From positions 1,852 to 65,851 of the forward strand of contig SLGC01000207.1 in the NCBI GenBank assembly GCA_007123885.1: 64,000 nt of DNA, read 5' to 3'. The translations under genes and the position numbers were made by a program. The notes under the pieces are model-generated. The model did no database searches and was not told where the DNA came from. It worked only from the letters and a program-made list of their open reading frames with translations. This document shows positions 60,317 through 64,000 of this stretch, one piece after another. The stretch is from Bacteroidales bacterium. Its GTDB lineage: Bacteria > Bacteroidota > Bacteroidia > Bacteroidales > PUMT01. Within the stretch, counting starts at the first letter, position 1, and each line of letters begins with the position of its first letter.

Positions 60317-62668
60317 ATGAAAATATTCAAGACCTTAACAATAACAGCTTCCTGCTTCCTGCTATTACTGTCCTGCAGTGATAATCCCGGCTCTTTTGCA
60401 CCGCCCGACCGTTTTATAACTGTCACTGACAGCTCGGAACAAAAAGAGTACCTTGAAGCACTTCTTAGCTGGCTGCCTCCTGACATTCCCGCCAATGGCA
60501 GGCTATCCTTTCTGGATGAAACATTTATTGACTGGCTTGAACGGACCGGAGAACTGCCGCCTGATTTCAGTACATTGCCTTCAATTCCCTTTCTGCCCGA
60601 TCCTCTTATAATGGATGAAGGAGGAATGAATATTCCGGTTACTAATATGGATCAATGGAAGAAACAGCGTGAATGGATGAAACGGCATCTGGAGTATTAT
60701 ATTACGGGAACCAGTCCCCCTCCACCTGATAACATGCAGGTGAACATACTGGAAGAAAGAATGGACGGTGAGATCCGGATACAATTGGTTGAATTGAGGT
60801 TCGGCCCGGATCACCGGGCCAGGCTAACCGTTGAGCTTATGATCCCTCCGGGTGAAGGGCCTTTCCCTGTTTTCCTGACTATGTGGAATCATCGCCAGTG
60901 GGCCCGGCTTGCAGTCCGCCGCGGATACATAGGCTGTATCTACGCAGGTGCCGACGCAAAAGATGATACCGAAGAGTATTCAGAGATCTGGGCGGGCCGG
61001 TACGATTTTACCAGGTTAATGAGAAGGGCCTGGGGTGCCTCCCGTGCCATTGACTATCTTTATACCCTTGGCTTTGTTGACAGGGAAAAGATCGGGATTA
61101 CCGGACACTCACGGAACGGCAAGCTTGCCCTTATGGCGGCAGCCTTCGACGAACGTATAACAGCCTGCATTCCCAGCAGCGGCTGTACGGGCGCCGAGGT
61201 ACCATGGAGATATACGGCACATAAATTCCATATCGAGGATATTGCTTTTCTGTCTGCCGTAAGGCCCTCATGGCTTCATCCCAGGCTCAGGTTTTTTACG
61301 GGGCGGGAGCATAAGCTTCCTGTCGACCAGAATCATTTTATGGCTCTTATAGCACCCCGGGGACTAATGCTGAGTACGGCACTTACAGAAAAATACAGCA
61401 GTTATTGGGCAAAAGAACAGGTATTTCATGCCAGCCGTAAAGTTTATGATTTCCTGGGTTCCCCCGACAATATTGCGATCCGCTCCCGGCACGGCCTTCA
61501 TGGCATCGCTGCCCGCGATACGGAAGACCATCTTGATTTTTTTGATTTTATTTTCGGGCACAACAGTCAGAAACCGGAAAGCAGGGAGTATTTTCAGTAT
61601 ACTTTTGATGAGTGGCTGGAACTAAGCGGCGAGAATGTCGATCCGGGGGATTTTGGAGATGCCGTTTCCTGTATTAAAGATATCAGGACTTTGGCGGATT
61701 GGGAAATAAAAAAGGAAGAAGTTAAAAGCCGGCTGGAATGGATACTTGGAGATGAACCATCTCCTGTCACAAACCCCGGTATCCGAACTATACGAAGCGG
61801 GGGGCGGGGTGAAGAGGGTGTCGGAACTTTTCTGACCCGGCCATCTGCCAATTCGCGTATGGGCCTTATGACTTTTGGGTTCTACGATCAGATTTTCGGT
61901 TATCTCTACTTCCCCGTTGACGATCAGGGAGGACCTGTAAACAATAATCTGCCTGCTGTAATATACCTTCATGAATATGATTATTCCAAAGGATTCAGCC
62001 CCTACAATCCGGCAGATGATATGATCCTGTCCATGGTGGATCTTGGTTATGCAGTATTTGCCTTTGACATGATAGGCTTTGGCAACCGTATAGAGGAGGG
62101 CACAAGATTTTACCACAGGCATCCAAACTGGTCAAGGATGGGGAAGATTGTAAGCGATACCAGGGCGGCAGTTGAGGTGCTGGTTAATATTGATGGAATT
62201 GACAGTGAACGGATTTTTATTTCAGGATATTCACTTGGCGCCACTGCAGGGCTTTTTACCGCTGCACTTGAAGAAAGAGTTGCAGGAGTGGTTTCGGTTG
62301 CCGGCTTCACGCCTATGCGTGCAGATCCGTCCGGGAACGGCACCGAAGGTATAATGGCTTACTCTCATCTTCACGGATTGATGCCCAGGCTTGGGTTTTT
62401 TGCCGGGAACGAGGAGCATATACCGGTTGATTTCAATGAGATACTTTCAGTTATCGCTCCAAGACCGGTACTGGTGATTGCGCCGGAGCTTGACAGGGAT
62501 GCGCATCATGAAGGAGTTAAACTGGCCCTGGAGGAGGCAGGGAGGATCTACAGCCTGTATGGCAACAAGGATAACCTGGGATCTTTTTACCCATATGATT
62601 ACAGCAGGTTTTCCCCTGATATGCGAATGGAGATGTATGACTGGCTGGAGGACAGATTGAGGGACTGA
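60317..62668 (+). CDS. Lipoprotein with two tandem alpha/beta-hydrolase domains (N-terminal CE15 glucuronoyl-esterase-like, C-terminal GxSxG esterase)
   Basis: 783 aa with the lipobox LLLSC. The N-terminal domain carries GHSRNGK (a CE15-type G-x-S-R-x-G-K) and IAPRGL. The C-terminal domain carries GYSLGA. Confidence 0.7.
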   Translation: MKIFKTLTITASCFLLLLSCSDNPGSFAPPDRFITVTDSSEQKEYLEALLSWLPPDIPANGRLSFLDETFIDWLERTGELPPDFSTLPSIPFLPDPLIMDEGGMNIPVTNMDQWKKQREWMKRHLEYYITGTSPPPPDNMQVNILEERMDGEIRIQLVELRFGPDHRARLTVELMIPPGEGPFPVFLTMWNHRQWARLAVRRGYIGCIYAGADAKDDTEEYSEIWAGRYDFTRLMRRAWGASRAIDYLYTLGFVDREKIGITGHSRNGKLALMAAAFDERITACIPSSGCTGAEVPWRYTAHKFHIEDIAFLSAVRPSWLHPRLRFFTGREHKLPVDQNHFMALIAPRGLMLSTALTEKYSSYWAKEQVFHASRKVYDFLGSPDNIAIRSRHGLHGIAARDTEDHLDFFDFIFGHNSQKPESREYFQYTFDEWLELSGENVDPGDFGDAVSCIKDIRTLADWEIKKEEVKSRLEWILGDEPSPVTNPGIRTIRSGGRGEEGVGTFLTRPSANSRMGLMTFGFYDQIFGYLYFPVDDQGGPVNNNLPAVIYLHEYDYSKGFSPYNPADDMILSMVDLGYAVFAFDMIGFGNRIEEGTRFYHRHPNWSRMGKIVSDTRAAVEVLVNIDGIDSERIFISGYSLGATAGLFTAALEERVAGVVSVAGFTPMRADPSGNGTEGIMAYSHLHGLMPRLGFFAGNEEHIPVDFNEILSVIAPRPVLVIAPELDRDAHHEGVKLALEEAGRIYSLYGNKDNLGSFYPYDYSRFSPDMRMEMYDWLEDRLRD

Positions 62669-62930
62669 TCAGGATATATACCGGTTCCTTGTAAATGGAT
62701 ATTTTACAGAATCAGATGTACAGGTTTTTCGATTTTTTTCCCAGATATGATGATATTCAATGAAAAGTACATTAAATTGCAACCAATTTTATTTTCCTTC
62801 GTAATTTCGAAGATATTAGGGACTGCAGGGTGAAAAGGTTCTGTCAAATTTTCCATGTGTAATAAACAAAGGCAGGAGATATGCACCATCATACCTCTTT
62901 TAACATTTATTGAAGCTTGAACTTGCCGGG

Positions 62931-62967
62931 TTTGGGTTGATATTATTGATTAAAAAACTTACATTTG
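62931..62967 (+). promoter_or_regulatory. Candidate Bacteroidota-type promoter of rpoD
   Basis: TACATTTG (TAnnTTTG) lies at 62960-62967, 21 nt before the ATG. The upstream TTTG at 62931-62934 is separated by a rather long 25-nt spacer. Confidence 0.35.
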
Positions 62968-62987
62968 TTTTTTATTTAAAAAATAAG

Positions 62988-63848
62988 ATGAGACAGCTAA
63001 AGATCACCAAATCAATCACAAACAGGGAGAGTGCATCACTGGATAAGTATCTTCAGGAGATCGGCCGTGAGGAGCTTATTACCATTGAGGAAGAAGTTGA
63101 CCTTGCACAAAGGATCCAGAATGGTGACAAGACAGCACTTGAAAAGCTTACACGGGCAAATCTTCGTTTTGTAGTATCCGTGGCAAAACAGTACCAGAAC
63201 CAGGGACTCAGTCTCCCCGACCTTATTAATGAAGGCAATCTGGGCCTTATAAAGGCTGCCGAGAAATTTGACGTTACCCGGGGTTTCAAGTTCATATCCT
63301 ATGCGGTATGGTGGATTAGACAATCCATACTGCAGGCTCTGGCCGAGCAATCGCGTATTGTGAGACTCCCGCTTAACCAGGTCGGATCATTGAACAAAAT
63401 AAACAAAGCCTTTTCAAGATTCGAACAGGAATTTGAGCGCACACCTTCACCGGAAGAACTTGCAAATATCCTTGAGTTGCCAAAGGAAAAGATAAATGAC
63501 ACACTCAGGGTTTCAGGAAGGCATGTTTCGGTGGATGCACCTTTTGCAGACGGAGAGGAGAATTCGCTGCTCGATGTGCTCATCAATGATGATTCGCCCA
63601 ATGCAGACAAGACCTTGCTGAACGAATCGCTCGGAAAAGAGATTGAACGTTCCCTGGCCACCCTCACGGAGCGTGAAAGGGATATAGTACGTTATTTTTT
63701 CGGGATCGGTGTACAGGACATGACCCTTGAAGAAATAGGTGGCCGTCTTGGACTGACCCGGGAAAGGGTAAGGCAGATAAAGGAAAAAGCCATCCGTCGG
63801 TTAAGACATACATCCAGAAGCAAATTCCTTAAAAGTTATCTTGGGTGA
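62988..63848 (+). CDS. rpoD: Primary RNA polymerase sigma factor (short Bacteroidota RpoD/SigA)
   Basis: 286 aa counted from the ATG at 62988, with region 2 ([26 protein letters not shown]) and region 4.2 ([23 protein letters not shown]). The ORF-track TTG at 62910 adds an implausible hydrophobic leader. Confidence 0.93.
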   Translation: MRQLKITKSITNRESASLDKYLQEIGREELITIEEEVDLAQRIQNGDKTALEKLTRANLRFVVSVAKQYQNQGLSLPDLINEGNLGLIKAAEKFDVTRGFKFISYAVWWIRQSILQALAEQSRIVRLPLNQVGSLNKINKAFSRFEQEFERTPSPEELANILELPKEKINDTLRVSGRHVSVDAPFADGEENSLLDVLINDDSPNADKTLLNESLGKEIERSLATLTERERDIVRYFFGIGVQDMTLEEIGGRLGLTRERVRQIKEKAIRRLRHTSRSKFLKSYLG

Positions 63849-63882
63849 TCAGGCAGTCAAAATAAAGGAGTTTACCAGGCAT

Positions 63883-63908
63883 AGCGGAATAGAGATCCGC
63901 TTTTTTTT
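63883..63908 (+). terminator. Rho-independent terminator after rpoD
   Basis: Stem agcgga/tccgct followed by a T8 run. It abuts the stop codon of the convergent partial gene. Confidence 0.65.
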
Positions 63909-64000
63909 ACTCTTCAACTTCCATGGGAACCATTTTAAAGGGTATTTTCAGGATAGATGCGTAATCTTCTCCTGATTCCTCCATTTCAATATCGTCTTTT
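63907..64000 (-). CDS. 3-prime end of a second DUF1987/SiaC-like gene (partial, continues beyond the window)
   Basis: My own translation of the minus strand gives ...KDDIEMEESGEDYASILKIPFKMVPMEVEE*. This aligns with the C-terminus of the 4532-4915 product (...LEAGEDYESIIRIPFKLIEIDDH*). Confidence 0.55.
   Translation of the reverse strand, partial: KDDIEMEESGEDYASILKIPFKMVPMEVEE

Overview
This window reads as a housekeeping-rich chromosomal segment of a Bacteroidota-type genome. Supporting signs are TAnnTTTG-type -7 boxes, the folP-cdaA and serC-serA-DUF1015 linkages, GH3-family and SiaB/SiaC-like genes, and a short RpoD. I call about 50 protein-coding genes, tightly packed on both strands. 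They include clpB, gcvT, serC, serA, yggS, hflKC, uvrA, rsmE, prmA, tpiA, tmk, folP, cdaA, plsY, metX, ftsE, gyrB, dapF, htrA and rpoD. I did not recognise any rRNA, tRNA, CRISPR array, transposase, integrase or classical defence gene, so there is no obvious mobile or defence island. Five things are not explained by ordinary annotation. (1) A family of GC-rich, hairpin-forming intergenic repeats has four clear copies (18156-18247, 20850-21012, 34762-34878, 45093-45176) plus degenerate fragments. Most copies sit directly after stop codons and end in a hairpin plus T-run, and one copy is an orphan. (2) A head-to-tail array of a 23-bp unit (9617-9914) lies between the convergent clpB and STAS genes, with a G/C dimorphism at one position. 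(3) Partner-switching or phospho-signalling parts are scattered across the window without their canonical partners. These are a SiaB/SiaC-like cassette, a second SiaC-like gene fragment at the right edge, an Hpt-STAS operon, an orphan RsbW-like kinase, and an ECF sigma factor with no recognisable anti-sigma. (4) A one-carbon/serine/PLP gene run includes two uncharacterised members, a ComB-like phosphatase and DUF1015. (5) A secreted M20 hydrolase and a GH3 acyl-acid amido synthetase sit next to each other. All functional calls rest on motifs I could read in the translations. No database search was run.
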